The notes under the pieces: model-generated
Seen by the model: only the letters and a program-made list of their open reading frames with translations
The model's database searches: none
What the model was told of the DNA's origin: nothing
Translations under genes and position numbers: made by a program
Part shown: positions 1 through 10,180 of the stretch, in pieces
Position numbering within the stretch: the stretch's first letter is position 1
Layout: each line of letters opens with the position of its first letter
Assembly: GCA_963702435.1 (NCBI GenBank)
Contig: CAVPCR010000002.1
Coordinates: 320,001 to 384,000, forward strand
DNA: 64,000 bases
Source: Candidatus Eiseniibacteriota bacterium
GTDB taxonomy: Bacteria > Eisenbacteria > RBG-16-71-46 > CAVPCR01
Direction: 5' to 3'

Positions 1-449
1 AGCTGCTCCTCGATCGCGCGCACCTCGTTCCAGGCCGCATCCAGCTCGAGCCCGGGGACGACGGAGGTGATGCGGAGGTGGTCCTCCTCGTTGACCATCA
101 CGGTGCCGTGCTCGCCCTTGGTCAGGTAGAGCCCCGCCGGCCGCGATTCGGTCACCATCTCGCGGCTGATCAGGTGCCGCTCGGCCAGGAACTGGCGATC
201 CAGCTCCCCGAGCTCCGCCATCGGCAGGAAGACGCCGCCGCCGAGCTCCGCGGAGCTCTGGCAGGCGGTCACCACCCGGGAGACGACGACACCCATCTCC
301 TCGTCGGCCGCGCGCTGGGTGAATGGAATGTTCTTGAGATTGCGCGCCAGGCGGACGCGGGTGGAGAGAACGAGATCGGACTCGGCGCCGGGCTCGGCGA
401 GCCAGCGGCTCGGCTTGCCCACGAGCTCGTCCACGTGCGATGCGCTCAT
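1..449 (-). CDS. mcsB: Protein arginine kinase McsB (ATP:guanido phosphotransferase), 5' part; runs off the window edge
   Basis: Not in the ORF track. Manual minus-strand translation gives DLVLSTRVRLARNLKNIPF and NEEDHLRI motifs; lies directly downstream of mcsA. Confidence 0.9.
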   Translation of the reverse strand, partial: MSASHVDELVGKPSRWLAEPGAESDLVLSTRVRLARNLKNIPFTQRAADEEMGVVVSRVVTACQSSAELGGGVFLPMAELGELDRQFLAERHLISREMVTESRPAGLYLTKGEHGTVMVNEEDHLRITSVVPGLELDAAWNEVRAIEEQ

Positions 450-480
450 CGGGATGCCCTCGCTCTCGGCCGGACCCCGG

Positions 481-1032
481 TCACTTGCCGCTCCGTTCGC
501 CGCCCGCGGCGCCGCTCGCCGGATGCGCTTCCGGTTCCTCGGACAGCCGCCGGATCGTGTCGCGGAGCTCGGCAGCGCGCTCGAACTCCTCGCGAACCAC
601 CGCCCGCTCCATCTCGTCCTGCATCCGCCGGATCTCCTGGCGGCGCGTCGCGCGCTCGTCGTCGCCGGCCGGAGCCCTGCCCGTGTGCCGGACCGCGCCG
701 TGCACGCGCCGGAGGATCGGCTTCAGCTGCTTCTCGAACGCTTCGTAGCAGTGCGGACAGCCCAGGCGTCCGGTCTGGCGAAACGTCGAGTAGAGGAGCC
801 CGCAGTGGGAGCACTCGATGGCGCCCACCGCGCCCTCGCTCACGCCCTCGAGCCCCTCGAGCATCTCGCCGAGCGTCTCGGCGAGGCCGCTCTTCTTGGC
901 CGCGGCCGGTGAAAATCCCTTGGCCTCGGCGCAGGCGTCGCACAGCGCGAGATCGACCTCGACGTTGTTCTCCCACTTCTTGATGTGGTGCTTGGCCGGC
1001 GCCTTGCCGCAATTCTGGCACTTCTTGACCAC
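481..1032 (-). CDS. mcsA: McsA (UvrB/UvrC-motif, Cys-rich activator of McsB)
   Basis: CQNC, CDAC, CSHC and GRLGCPHCYEAF motifs, plus C-terminal UVR motif EEFERAAELRDTIR. Confidence 0.92.
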   Translation of the reverse strand: MVKKCQNCGKAPAKHHIKKWENNVEVDLALCDACAEAKGFSPAAAKKSGLAETLGEMLEGLEGVSEGAVGAIECSHCGLLYSTFRQTGRLGCPHCYEAFEKQLKPILRRVHGAVRHTGRAPAGDDERATRRQEIRRMQDEMERAVVREEFERAAELRDTIRRLSEEPEAHPASGAAGGERSGK

Positions 1033-1216
1033 TAGAGTCTCTCCACGACGTTAGGAGCGCGGCGCCCCGGGCGGCGATTCACGTCGCCCCCCGCCGCCGC
1101 GGCCGGCCCACGATCCCCGGGCGCCGTCCGCGCCCCGAGCCGCCCGGCTCCCGGCCCCCTCCCCGGCCCCCGCTCCCCGCCCGGCGCGCCGGGGCTTTCG
1201 CCGTGCGGATCGCAGC

Positions 1217-1945
1217 CTACAGCTCGACCGGCCCCGCGACCCCGTCCGCGAGCCGGAACACACGATCGGCCCGCCGCGCGAGCTCGAGGTCATGCGTCAC
1301 GATGACGAGGCTCACACCCTGCCGGCGCCGGAGATCGTCGAGCAGCCGATGCAGATCGTGCGCCGAATCGCGATCGAGATTCCCGGACGGCTCGTCGGCG
1401 AGGAGGAGCCGCGGCGCGTTCATCAGCGCGCGCACCACCGCCACCCGCTGCTGCTCGCCTCCCGAGAGTTCCCCCGGCCGGTGCTCGGCCCAGCGCCCGA
1501 GCCCCACGGCCTCGAGGAGCTCCATCGCGCGCTCGCGCGCCTGGCCGAGCCCCAGTCCGGAGATGAGTCCGGGCATCATCACGTTCTCGACCGCGGTGAA
1601 CTCGGAGAGCAGGTGATGGAACTGGAACACGAAGCCCACCGTCCGGTTCCGGAACGCCGCGAGCGCCGCGTCGTCCAGATCGAACAGGCTCTGTCCGCCG
1701 ATCACCACTTGCCCGCCGGTGGGCCGATCGAGCGCGCCCAGCACATGGAGCAACGTCGATTTGCCCACGCCCGACGCGCCGACGATCGCCACGCTCTCGC
1801 CGGAACCCACCTCCAGATCCACGCCCGCGAGGACCCGGAGCGGACCGCGCGGCGTCATGAACGACTTTTCGACGCCCCTCGCTCTCAGTATAGCCCGGTC
1901 CCCTGTCGCCGACCCGCTCCCCGTCTCGCCAGCCGCTGCGTGCAT
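1217..1945 (-). CDS. lolD: Lipoprotein-releasing ABC transporter ATP-binding subunit
   Basis: GASGVGKSTLL, GFVFQFHHLL, LSGGEQQRVA, LLADEPSGNLD; follows a LolC/E permease. Start taken at MHAAAG. Confidence 0.9.
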   Translation of the reverse strand: MHAAAGETGSGSATGDRAILRARGVEKSFMTPRGPLRVLAGVDLEVGSGESVAIVGASGVGKSTLLHVLGALDRPTGGQVVIGGQSLFDLDDAALAAFRNRTVGFVFQFHHLLSEFTAVENVMMPGLISGLGLGQARERAMELLEAVGLGRWAEHRPGELSGGEQQRVAVVRALMNAPRLLLADEPSGNLDRDSAHDLHRLLDDLRRRQGVSLVIVTHDLELARRADRVFRLADGVAGPVEL

Positions 1946-1953
1946 ACCGTCCC

Positions 1954-3261
1954 TCACTCGTAGCGGATGGCCTCGACCGGGACCATGCGCCCGGCGCGCC
2001 AGGACGGATACAGCGTGGCGAGGAAGCAGATCAGGAGCCCCGCCCCGGCCACGGCCAGAAAGTCGGGCGCCTCCATCCTTATCGGCAGCTTGTCTATGAA
2101 GTACACATCTCCGGGCAGGGACACGATCTCGTAACGGCCGACCACGTAGGAGGTGACGACCCCGAGGAACGATCCGACGACTGTACCGATCGCGGCCACG
2201 ATCAGCCCCTCGAGGATGAAGATGCGCATGATCGCGCCGCTGGTCGCCCCCATGGACAGGAGCACCCCGATGTCTCGCTTCTTGTCCATGACCACCATGA
2301 AGAGCATCGAGGCGATGTTGAACGCCGCCACCAGGATGATGAGGAGCAGGACGAGGAACATGAAGAACTTCTCGATCTTCATCCACGAGAACAGGTTCCG
2401 GTTCAGATCGATCCAGTTGTTGGCGACGTAGGGCGGCCCGAGCAGGAGCTCGGCCTCGCGGCCGACCCGGGAGGCCGCGAACATGTCGGCGAGCTTCATC
2501 TCGATGCCGGTGACCCGGTCGCCCAGATCGAGGAACTCCTGGGCGGACTGAATCGAGACATAGCAGAAGCTCGCGTCATACTCGTACATGCCGGAGTGGA
2601 AGATGCCGACCACCTCGAACCGGCGGGCCAGCGGCACCGCCCCGAGCGGGGTGGACACCGTGCGCAGCGGCGAGCTCAGGATGACCGAGTCCCCCACCCC
2701 CACGGCGAGCCGGAGCGCCACCTCGAACCCGAGCACCATGCCGGCGAGATCGCTGCGGGCCGCCCCGTCGATGTCGGCGATCTCCGGGGTGACGAAGCGG
2801 GCGACCTCGGTGACCTCCCGTTCGCGGGCGAGGTCGATACCCTTCAGGACGACGCCGTCGGCGCGCCCGCCGGCGGCGAGCATCGCCTTCGAGTAGATCA
2901 TCGGCGCCACCCCGCGCACCTCGGGCAGCCGGGCGAGGCGCGCCGCGAGCGCCTCGTGATCGACGATCCCGGCCGGGTCGCGGGTCAACAGGATGACGTG
3001 CGCGTTCGCGCCCACGATCTTCGACTGCACCTCGTACTCGAAACCGTTCATCGCCGAGAGCGTGGTCGTGAGCACCCAGACGCCGACGATGACACCGCAG
3101 ATCGAGATGAGCGAGATGAGCGCGATGAAGCTCTGCCGCGGCCGCGACCACAGGTAACGGCGAGCCACGAAGAGCTCGAAGGGCGAGAAGCCGGGGATGC
3201 GGAGCGGCCGGCGGCCGGACGCGCCGCCGGGGGGCGCCGCCGCGCGCGGCGGTAGGTTCAT
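1954..3261 (-). CDS. Lipoprotein-releasing ABC transporter permease (LolC/E, FtsX-like)
   Basis: ARRYL, SAMNGF, VVGIFHSGMYEYD, LVAAFNI and C-terminal PVEAIRYE. Confidence 0.9.
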   Translation of the reverse strand: MNLPPRAAAPPGGASGRRPLRIPGFSPFELFVARRYLWSRPRQSFIALISLISICGVIVGVWVLTTTLSAMNGFEYEVQSKIVGANAHVILLTRDPAGIVDHEALAARLARLPEVRGVAPMIYSKAMLAAGGRADGVVLKGIDLAREREVTEVARFVTPEIADIDGAARSDLAGMVLGFEVALRLAVGVGDSVILSSPLRTVSTPLGAVPLARRFEVVGIFHSGMYEYDASFCYVSIQSAQEFLDLGDRVTGIEMKLADMFAASRVGREAELLLGPPYVANNWIDLNRNLFSWMKIEKFFMFLVLLLIILVAAFNIASMLFMVVMDKKRDIGVLLSMGATSGAIMRIFILEGLIVAAIGTVVGSFLGVVTSYVVGRYEIVSLPGDVYFIDKLPIRMEAPDFLAVAGAGLLICFLATLYPSWRAGRMVPVEAIRYE

Positions 3262-3286
3262 GGCGGGTGGAGCGCTCACGGTGTGC

Positions 3287-4792
3287 CTATCCCGGCGTGG
3301 GCTCGACCTCCGCATCGAGCGCCACGTCCGCCGCCTCCGGTTTGAGGAGCGGGAAGAGGATGACATCCCGGATCGACTCGGCGCCGGAGAGGAGCATGGT
3401 CAGGCGGTCGATGCCGAGACCGAGGCCCCCGGTCGGCGGCATGCCGTACATGAGGGCCCGGATGTAATCGAGATCGAGCGCCTGCGCCTCCTCGTCGCCG
3501 TGCCGCCGTTTCTCCTCCTGGAGAAGCAGGGCCTCTTCCTGGGCCACCGGGTCGTTCTGCTCGGAGAAGGCGTTGGCCAGCTCCATCCCCGCGACATAGA
3601 GCTCGAATCGCTCGACCACGCGCTCGTCGTCGCGCTTCACCTTGGCGAGCGGCGAGATCTCGCGCGGGTAGTCGAGGACGAAGGTCGGACGGATGAGCCC
3701 GGGTTCGACGAACGCCCCGAAGAGCGGGTCGTAGTAGGCGGCGCGCGGCGCGTTGGCCGGCACGTCGACCTGGCGGCGGGCGGCGAGCGCGGCGAGATCG
3801 GCGACCGGGGCGGCCGTCACGTCCAGCCCGGCCGCGGCGGAAAGGGCTCCGAAGTAGGTCACCCGCGGGAAGGGCGGCGTCCAGTCGATCGTCTGCCCGC
3901 GCCAGGTCCCGGGACCGGCGAGACCGAGCTCGGCGCGGACGTGGACGAGCATCTCCTCGGTCAGGTCCATCATGCCGTGGTAGTCGGCGTAGGCCTGGTA
4001 GAGCTCGAGCATGGTGAACTCGGGGTTGTGATTCCGGTCGATCCCCTCGTTCCGAAAGTCCTTCCCGATCTCGTAGACCCGATCGAGCCCGCCGACGATC
4101 AGGCGCTTGAGATAGAGCTCGTCCGAGATGCGCAGGAAGAGCGGGATGCCGAGCGCGTTGTGACGGGTGGTGAACGGGCGCGCGAAGGCGCCGCCGTAGA
4201 GCGGCTGCAGCGCCGGGGTCTCCACCTCGAGGAAGCCGCGCCCGTCGAGGAAGCGGCGGACCGCGCTCGTCGCGCGCGTGCGCACGAGGAAGATGCGGCG
4301 GACCTCGTCGTTCGCGATCAGGTCGGCATAGCGCTGCCGGTAGCGGGTCTCGTGGTCCTTGAGCCCGTGCCACTTGGCGGGAGGCGGGAGCAGCGCCTTG
4401 GCCAGGAGCTCGCAGCCCTCCACCTGGACCGTCAGCTCCCCCGTGCGCGTGCGCATGACCGGCCCGTGCGCGGCCACCCAGTCGCCGAGATCGAGGAGCG
4501 GAAGGAGCGCGTAGGTCTCGGCGCCGAGCGCGTCCTCCTTGAAGTAGAGCTGGATCCTGGCGCCCGCGTCCTGGATCACGCCGAAGGCGGCCTTGCCGAA
4601 CCCGCGGAACGCGAGGAGCCGTCCGGCCACGTGCACGCGCGCGCCGCGCGCGATGAGCTCCTCGGCGGCGGCGTGGATCTCCGCCGGCCGGTGCGTGACG
4701 CGGGCGGCGTACGCGTAGGCGGCCACCCCCCGCGCCTTGAGCGCGGCGAGCTTCGCGAAACGGCTCTGGACCTGGTCGTTGGTGATCTTCAT
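3287..4792 (-). CDS. lysS: Lysine--tRNA ligase (class II)
   Basis: RYRQRYADL, GGAFARPFTT, FRNEGIDRNHNPEFTMLE, GMPPTGGLGLGIDRL. Confidence 0.97.
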   Translation of the reverse strand: MKITNDQVQSRFAKLAALKARGVAAYAYAARVTHRPAEIHAAAEELIARGARVHVAGRLLAFRGFGKAAFGVIQDAGARIQLYFKEDALGAETYALLPLLDLGDWVAAHGPVMRTRTGELTVQVEGCELLAKALLPPPAKWHGLKDHETRYRQRYADLIANDEVRRIFLVRTRATSAVRRFLDGRGFLEVETPALQPLYGGAFARPFTTRHNALGIPLFLRISDELYLKRLIVGGLDRVYEIGKDFRNEGIDRNHNPEFTMLELYQAYADYHGMMDLTEEMLVHVRAELGLAGPGTWRGQTIDWTPPFPRVTYFGALSAAAGLDVTAAPVADLAALAARRQVDVPANAPRAAYYDPLFGAFVEPGLIRPTFVLDYPREISPLAKVKRDDERVVERFELYVAGMELANAFSEQNDPVAQEEALLLQEEKRRHGDEEAQALDLDYIRALMYGMPPTGGLGLGIDRLTMLLSGAESIRDVILFPLLKPEAADVALDAEVEPTPG

Positions 4793-4830
4793 CGTGGGTT
4801 CGCGGTGCGTGCGCGACGAGAGAACAGATC

Positions 4831-4859
4831 ACTCTAGTCGCTCGCCCGCAAGGCGTCAA
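4831..4859 (-). promoter_or_regulatory. Candidate sigma-70 promoter of lysS
   Basis: Minus strand TTGACG-17 nt-TAGAGT, about 40 nt upstream of the lysS ATG. Confidence 0.6.
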
Positions 4860-4892
4860 CCGAGGTGCGCCGAGCGGTCGGCGGCCCGCCGC

Positions 4893-5477
4893 TCACGCCG
4901 CCGGCGCGCCGAAGGCGGCCGCCACCGCGGCGCGCGGATCGGCGGCCCGCACCACCGCCACCGACTGGAAGTGGGGATTGGTGAGGAGCCCCGACAGGCG
5001 CGAGCGCGCGACGGCGATCTCCTCGGCGCGGCGCTTGATCTCGCCCGCCTCGACCCCGGCCGCGAAGCGCAGCATCCAGACGAGCGCCTTCTCGACGCGG
5101 GCCAGCTCGCGCCCTCCGAAACGGGTCTGGATCAGGCGCAACGCCGCCGCGCCCTCGATGTCGGGCTCGCTCCAGGCGACGATCCACGCCGTGCGGCCGC
5201 TCGCGCGGCCCGGCCTGTCGCTCGCGCTCGAGGCGGCCAGCTCGTAGACGTGCTTGTTCGGATTCACGAAGACGTTCGATCGCGTCACCCAGGACCCGGC
5301 GAGGGCGAGCGCCTCGGCGACCCCCGAGGCCTCGAGGCGCAGCCGCCACAGATCGCGGCGCGCGAGCTCGGCGAGCGCCCCGCCGAAACCGAGCCGATGG
5401 GTGAGCGCGTGCGCGGCGGTGAGCGCCACGGGATCGGCGCCGCGGAGCGCCACCGTGAGCGTGAGATCGATCAGCAT
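4893..5477 (-). CDS. Double-length PurS-like protein (two tandem PurS-like halves)
   Basis: N-half LRGADPVALTAAHAL...LGF...FVNPNKH; C-half ...LLTNPHFQ. Resembles the PurS DP and LLxNP motifs; overlaps the purQ stop. Confidence 0.65.
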   Translation of the reverse strand: MLIDLTLTVALRGADPVALTAAHALTHRLGFGGALAELARRDLWRLRLEASGVAEALALAGSWVTRSNVFVNPNKHVYELAASSASDRPGRASGRTAWIVAWSEPDIEGAAALRLIQTRFGGRELARVEKALVWMLRFAAGVEAGEIKRRAEEIAVARSRLSGLLTNPHFQSVAVVRAADPRAAVAAAFGAPAA

Positions 5478-6394
5478 GCCGCCCCCTTCCCGGCCGCCGC
5501 GCCGGCCGCACGCGCGTCGGGCCGCCCACCCCGGGCCCGCCGCTCGAGGTAGAGGCGCATCGAGGTGAACAACCGGAGCCCGGGCCCGGGGCCCGAGAGC
5601 ACGGCGCGATCGCCGGCGGCGGCGCGATGCCGGTCCCCCCAGGATCCCTCGACCTCCCATCCGACCTGGAACAGCCACGCCGCCCGCTCGGGATGCGGCA
5701 TGAAGGCGAGCACGTTGCCGGCGGGGTTCATGATGCCGGCCGCGTCGGCCGTCGAACCGTTCGGGTTCAGGGGGAAGCCGCGGGCCGGGCCGCCGTCGGG
5801 CGCCACGTAGCGGAAGGCGACGATCTCGGCCGCGGCGAGCGCCGCTGCTACCTGCGCATCGCGCGTCACGAAGCGACCCTCGCCGTGCGCGGCGAGGACG
5901 GGAATCACCTCGCCCAGGCCTAGCCCGAGCCCGAAGGCCGAGTCGCGTCCGCGCGCCGTGGGCGCCGTGTGGACCCAGGTGCAGTAGTAGCCCTGCCGCC
6001 CCGGCATCGCGTTCGGCGCGAGCCCCATCTCGATCCGGCCCTCGCCGTGGAGATCGGGGACGAGGCCGGCCTCGACGAGCACCTGCGCGCCGTTGCAGAT
6101 GCCGAGCACCGGACGCCCGTCGTGCGCGGCGCGGACGACGGCGGAGAGGGCGGGCTCGCGCGCGGCCACGGCGCCGGCGCGCACGCGGTCCTGGAACGAG
6201 AACCCGCCCGGGAGCACGAACCCGTCGAACTCGTCGAGATCGTGTCGCGTCCAGCGGGCGACCTCGGCGGCGAGCCCGGCCGCGGCGAGAGCGCGCGCGG
6301 TCTCGTGCTCGCAGTTCACTCCCGGGAGCTGCAGGACGGCGATCCGGAACATCGGTTCCCTTCCTCTCGTGTCGGGACCGGCGGGGCCGCTCAT
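5471..6394 (-). CDS. purQ: FGAM synthase glutaminase subunit PurQ
   Basis: PGVNCEHET, LPGGFSFQD, LGICNGAQ, AHGEGRF, NPNGS, FMPHPER. Start may instead be 6352. Confidence 0.93.
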   Translation of the reverse strand: MSGPAGPDTRGREPMFRIAVLQLPGVNCEHETARALAAAGLAAEVARWTRHDLDEFDGFVLPGGFSFQDRVRAGAVAAREPALSAVVRAAHDGRPVLGICNGAQVLVEAGLVPDLHGEGRIEMGLAPNAMPGRQGYYCTWVHTAPTARGRDSAFGLGLGLGEVIPVLAAHGEGRFVTRDAQVAAALAAAEIVAFRYVAPDGGPARGFPLNPNGSTADAAGIMNPAGNVLAFMPHPERAAWLFQVGWEVEGSWGDRHRAAAGDRAVLSGPGPGLRLFTSMRLYLERRARGGRPDARAAGAAAGKGAAC

Positions 6395-8805
6395 GCCAGG
6401 ACCTCGGCCAGCGCGCTCCGATGCACGGCGGCGAGGCGCGCGAGCTCGACATCCAGGAGCTCGCCCCCGGCCCGCGCGATCGTGAGGCGCGGAGCGATCG
6501 TCGTCGCCCCCACGTCCCAGGCCGGAACGCCCTGGGCGGCGAGGAGCTCGAGCGCGCCCGCGCTCCGCGCGGCGGGGACCTCGAGCACGTAGCCCGGGGC
6601 CTCGCCGAAGAGGAGCGCGGACGGAGCGAGCGCGGGCGCAACCGGGCCCAGGTCGCACGCAGCCCCGATCCGGAGCGGCCCGGCGATACCGAGGAGCATC
6701 TCGGCGAGCGCGACCGCGAACCCTCCTGCCGAGATGTCGTGCGCGGCGTTGACGAAGCCGCGCTCGATGAGATCGATGACCGCATAGAGCGCGGCGCGCT
6801 CGACCGCGAAGTCGACGGGCGGGAGCGGGCCGGCCGCGCGCGGGCCCGCGGCTCCGAGGTGCGCGAGCAGCTCCGATCCGGCGAGCTCCGGGCGGCGCGC
6901 CCCGAGGAGGAGAAGGCGCGAGCCCGGCGCCTTGACGCGGAGCGACACCGCGCGCGCCCAGTCGGCGAGCCGCCCGGCGCAGGCGACGATCGGGGATGGC
7001 GCGATGGCGCGCCCGGCGGCCGAGTGGTTGTAGAAGCTCACGTTTCCGCTCACGACCGGCACCGCCTCGTCCGCCGCATGCCGCCGCCCGATGCCGCGCG
7101 CGGCCGCGGCGATGCCGTCGACGCCGGCGATGAAGGCGGCCATCACATCGGGATTCTCCGGGCTTCCGTAGTTCAGGCAATCGGTGAGCGCGATCGGCTC
7201 GGCGCCGACTGCGGCCACGTTCCGCATCGCCTCGAGGGTCGCGTGCACCGCGGCGAGATACGGATCCACCTGCCCGTAGGAGGGGATCCCGTCCACCGCG
7301 ATCGCGAGGCCGAACGGCGCCCCGGGGACCGGCGCGATGACGCCGGCGTCGCCCTCCCCCGGACGCATCACGGCGCGCCCGCGCACGTCGGTGTCGTAGC
7401 CGCGATAGATGAACTCGCGCGAGGCGAGGTTCGGGCGGCCGAGGAGCTCGACGAGCACCGTTCCGGGATCCACCTCCGGTGCGGGCGGCACCTCCGGCGC
7501 CGGCCCGGCGAGCGCCGCGGCCGGCCGCTCGTGGTAGATGCCGGCCGTCACCACGGTCGCCGCGAGGTCCCCCACCCGCTGCCGCTTGTGCTTCAACACG
7601 AAGCGATCCGCGGCGAGCACGCGGCCGATCACCGCCGCCTGGGCGCTCGGATAGAGCGCGGGCAGCTCGAAGTCCTCGTTGTAGATGGCGAGGATCTCCG
7701 CGGCCAGGGTCTCGGGGACGACGAGCGCGAAGCGCTCCTGGGTCTCGGCGCAGGCGATCACCTCGGGCAGATGCCCCGGAGCATCCACCGGCACCGCCGA
7801 GAGATCCACCTCCATGCCCATGCCGGCGGCCGCGGCGAGCTCGACCGCGGCGCAGGCCAGCCCGCCGGCGCCGAGGTCCTTGAATCCGATCTCGATCCGG
7901 CGGCTCGCGGCGAGCGCGAACACGGCCTCGGTCGCCTCGAACAGGACGCGCTTCAAGAAGGGATCGTGCACCTGCACGGCGCCCTTCTGCTCGTGGGCGC
8001 GCTCGGCGTCGAGGGCGGCCGAGGCGAAGCTCGCCCCGCCGAAGCCGGTCATGTCGGTGGGCTTGCCGACCAGGATGAGAACGTGCTGAACGCTCCGCGC
8101 CGCGGCCGGGACGCGGCTCCGGATGATGCGCGACTCGGCACAGACCCCGAGCGCGACCACGTTCACGAGGCAGTTGTCGTCGAACGACGGGTCGAAGAAG
8201 ACATCGCCGCCCAGGTTCGGCACGCCGAGCGCGTTCCCGTACTCCATGATGCCCTGGACGACACCCTGCGCGATGTCCTTGACGCGCACCGCCTCCGGTC
8301 CGGTCGGGTCGCCGAAGCGAAGCGCGTCGAGCACGCCCACGACCTCCGCGCCCATGCAGAAGACATCGCGTACGATGCCGCCGATCCCGGTCGCCGCGCC
8401 CTCGACCGGCAGCACCTGGGAGGGATGGTTGTGGCTCTCGTGCCCGATGACGAGCGCATAGCGGACACCCTCGTGGGTGCCGAGATGGACGACCCCGGCG
8501 TCCTCGCCGGGACCGAGGATCACCTCGGAGCCCTTGGTGGGCAGGCGCGCGAGGATCTTCCGGCTCGACTTGTACGAGCAGTGCTCGCTCCACAGGATGT
8601 CGAAGAGACGCGCCTCGGTCGGCGTCGGATCGCGGCCGATCAGCCGCCCGAGCTCGCGCGCCTCGCCCACGGTGAGGGTGAGCGCGCGCCGGCGGAGATC
8701 CTCTCTGAGCGCCGCCTCATCGAGCTCGCTCCAGCCGTAGCGCGCCGGACAGCTCTTCGCGGCGCGCGCGCCGCCCGCCGCGCCCGGCTTCCGGGCCGCG
8801 CTCAT
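6391..8805 (-). CDS. purL: FGAM synthase subunit PurL (small PurL type)
   Basis: WSEHCSYKSS, HESHNHPS, ATGIGGIVRD, DLGAGGL, TDCLNYGSPE, VSGNVSFYN. Confidence 0.95.
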   Translation of the reverse strand: MSAARKPGAAGGARAAKSCPARYGWSELDEAALREDLRRRALTLTVGEARELGRLIGRDPTPTEARLFDILWSEHCSYKSSRKILARLPTKGSEVILGPGEDAGVVHLGTHEGVRYALVIGHESHNHPSQVLPVEGAATGIGGIVRDVFCMGAEVVGVLDALRFGDPTGPEAVRVKDIAQGVVQGIMEYGNALGVPNLGGDVFFDPSFDDNCLVNVVALGVCAESRIIRSRVPAAARSVQHVLILVGKPTDMTGFGGASFASAALDAERAHEQKGAVQVHDPFLKRVLFEATEAVFALAASRRIEIGFKDLGAGGLACAAVELAAAAGMGMEVDLSAVPVDAPGHLPEVIACAETQERFALVVPETLAAEILAIYNEDFELPALYPSAQAAVIGRVLAADRFVLKHKRQRVGDLAATVVTAGIYHERPAAALAGPAPEVPPAPEVDPGTVLVELLGRPNLASREFIYRGYDTDVRGRAVMRPGEGDAGVIAPVPGAPFGLAIAVDGIPSYGQVDPYLAAVHATLEAMRNVAAVGAEPIALTDCLNYGSPENPDVMAAFIAGVDGIAAAARGIGRRHAADEAVPVVSGNVSFYNHSAAGRAIAPSPIVACAGRLADWARAVSLRVKAPGSRLLLLGARRPELAGSELLAHLGAAGPRAAGPLPPVDFAVERAALYAVIDLIERGFVNAAHDISAGGFAVALAEMLLGIAGPLRIGAACDLGPVAPALAPSALLFGEAPGYVLEVPAARSAGALELLAAQGVPAWDVGATTIAPRLTIARAGGELLDVELARLAAVHRSALAEVLA

Positions 8806-10148
8806 GGCGTCCTCCCCGCGGCGGCCGTCGCCGCGCTCGAATCCGCGCTCGAATCCGCCGCGAACACCCGCCCGTAGATCGCCTCCACATGGCGGAGGAA
8901 GAAGGCGGGGTCGAACAGGGCCGCGAAGTCGGCGACCGGGAGGAGCTGCTTGACGGCGGGGTCGGCGCCGAGAAGATCCTGGAACCGGCCCTCGCCGCGC
9001 CACGCCGCCATCGCGTGCCGCTGCACGATCCCGTAGGCGTCCTCGCGCGAGAGACCGCGATCGACGAGGGCGAGGAGCACCCGCTGCGAGTAGATGAGTC
9101 CGCCCGTGCGCGCGAGGTTCTCGGCGATGCGCTCGGGGTAGATATGCAGCCCCCGGATGACGCGCACCATCACGTCGAGCATGTAATCGAGGAGGATGAA
9201 GCTGTCGGGGAGGATCACCCGCTCGACCGAGGAGTGGGAGATGTCGCGCTCGTGCCAGAGGGCGACGTTCTCGAGCGCGGCGAGCGCGTTCCCGCGGAGG
9301 ACCCGGGCGAGCCCCGAGACGCGCTCGGCGAGCACCGGGTTCCGCTTGTGCGGCATGGCCGATGAGCCCTTCTGCCCGCTCCCGAACGGCTCCTCGAGCT
9401 CGCGGATCTCGGTGCGCTGGAGGTTCCGGATCTCGATCGCCAGCCGCTCGAGCGAGGCGCCGGCGATGGCGAGCGCGCAGAGGAGCGCGGCATGCCGGTC
9501 GCGCGGCACGACCTGGGTCGAGAGCGGCGCCGCGGCGAGGCCGAGCCGCGCCATGAGCGCTTCCTCGACCGCCGGCTCGAGATGCGCGAAGGTGCCGACC
9601 GCGCCCGAGAGCTTCCCCACCGCCGCCTCGGCGAGCGCTGCGGCGAGCCGCGTGCGGGCACGCCCCAGCTCGTCGTAGGCGAGCAGAAACTTGAGCCCGA
9701 GGGTGGTCGGCTCGGCGTGGACGCCGTGCGTGCGGCCCATGGCCGCCGTGTGCTTGTGCGCGAGCGCCTGGTCGCGGAGCGCGGCGCGCAGGCGATCGAG
9801 GCCCGCGAGGAGGAGATCGCCGCCCTTCTTGATCTGGAGGGCGAGGGCGGTGTCGAGGAGATCCGAGGAGGTCATCCCGCGATGGATGAAGCGGGACTCG
9901 GGCCCGACCGCCTCCCCGAGCGCGGTGAGGAAGGCGATCACATCGTGGTTGAGGGTCGCCTCGAGCTCGTTCACCCGCCCGATGTCGTAGCGCGCGCGGC
10001 TCCGCACGCGGCCGGCGGCGCCCGCCGGGATCTCGCCGCGCGCCTCGAGCACCTCGAGGAACACGAGCTCGACCTCGAGCCAGAGGTCGAAGCGGGCCGC
10101 CTCGGCCCAGATCCCCCCCATCTCCGGACGCGTGTACCGCTCGATCAT
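8802..10148 (-). CDS. purB: Adenylosuccinate lyase
   Basis: MIERYTRPEM, GRTHGVHAEPTT, GSSAMPHKRNP, WHERDISHSSVER. Confidence 0.97.
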   Translation of the reverse strand: MIERYTRPEMGGIWAEAARFDLWLEVELVFLEVLEARGEIPAGAAGRVRSRARYDIGRVNELEATLNHDVIAFLTALGEAVGPESRFIHRGMTSSDLLDTALALQIKKGGDLLLAGLDRLRAALRDQALAHKHTAAMGRTHGVHAEPTTLGLKFLLAYDELGRARTRLAAALAEAAVGKLSGAVGTFAHLEPAVEEALMARLGLAAAPLSTQVVPRDRHAALLCALAIAGASLERLAIEIRNLQRTEIRELEEPFGSGQKGSSAMPHKRNPVLAERVSGLARVLRGNALAALENVALWHERDISHSSVERVILPDSFILLDYMLDVMVRVIRGLHIYPERIAENLARTGGLIYSQRVLLALVDRGLSREDAYGIVQRHAMAAWRGEGRFQDLLGADPAVKQLLPVADFAALFDPAFFLRHVEAIYGRVFAADSSADSSAATAAAGRTP

Positions 10149-10180
10149 CGCCGCCTCCCCTGCCCTTCTCCCGACCTCGC

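Noticed and set aside
8836..8860. 12-bp duplication at the purB 3' end
   Set aside because: In-frame duplication in a variable C-terminal tail; no sign of function.
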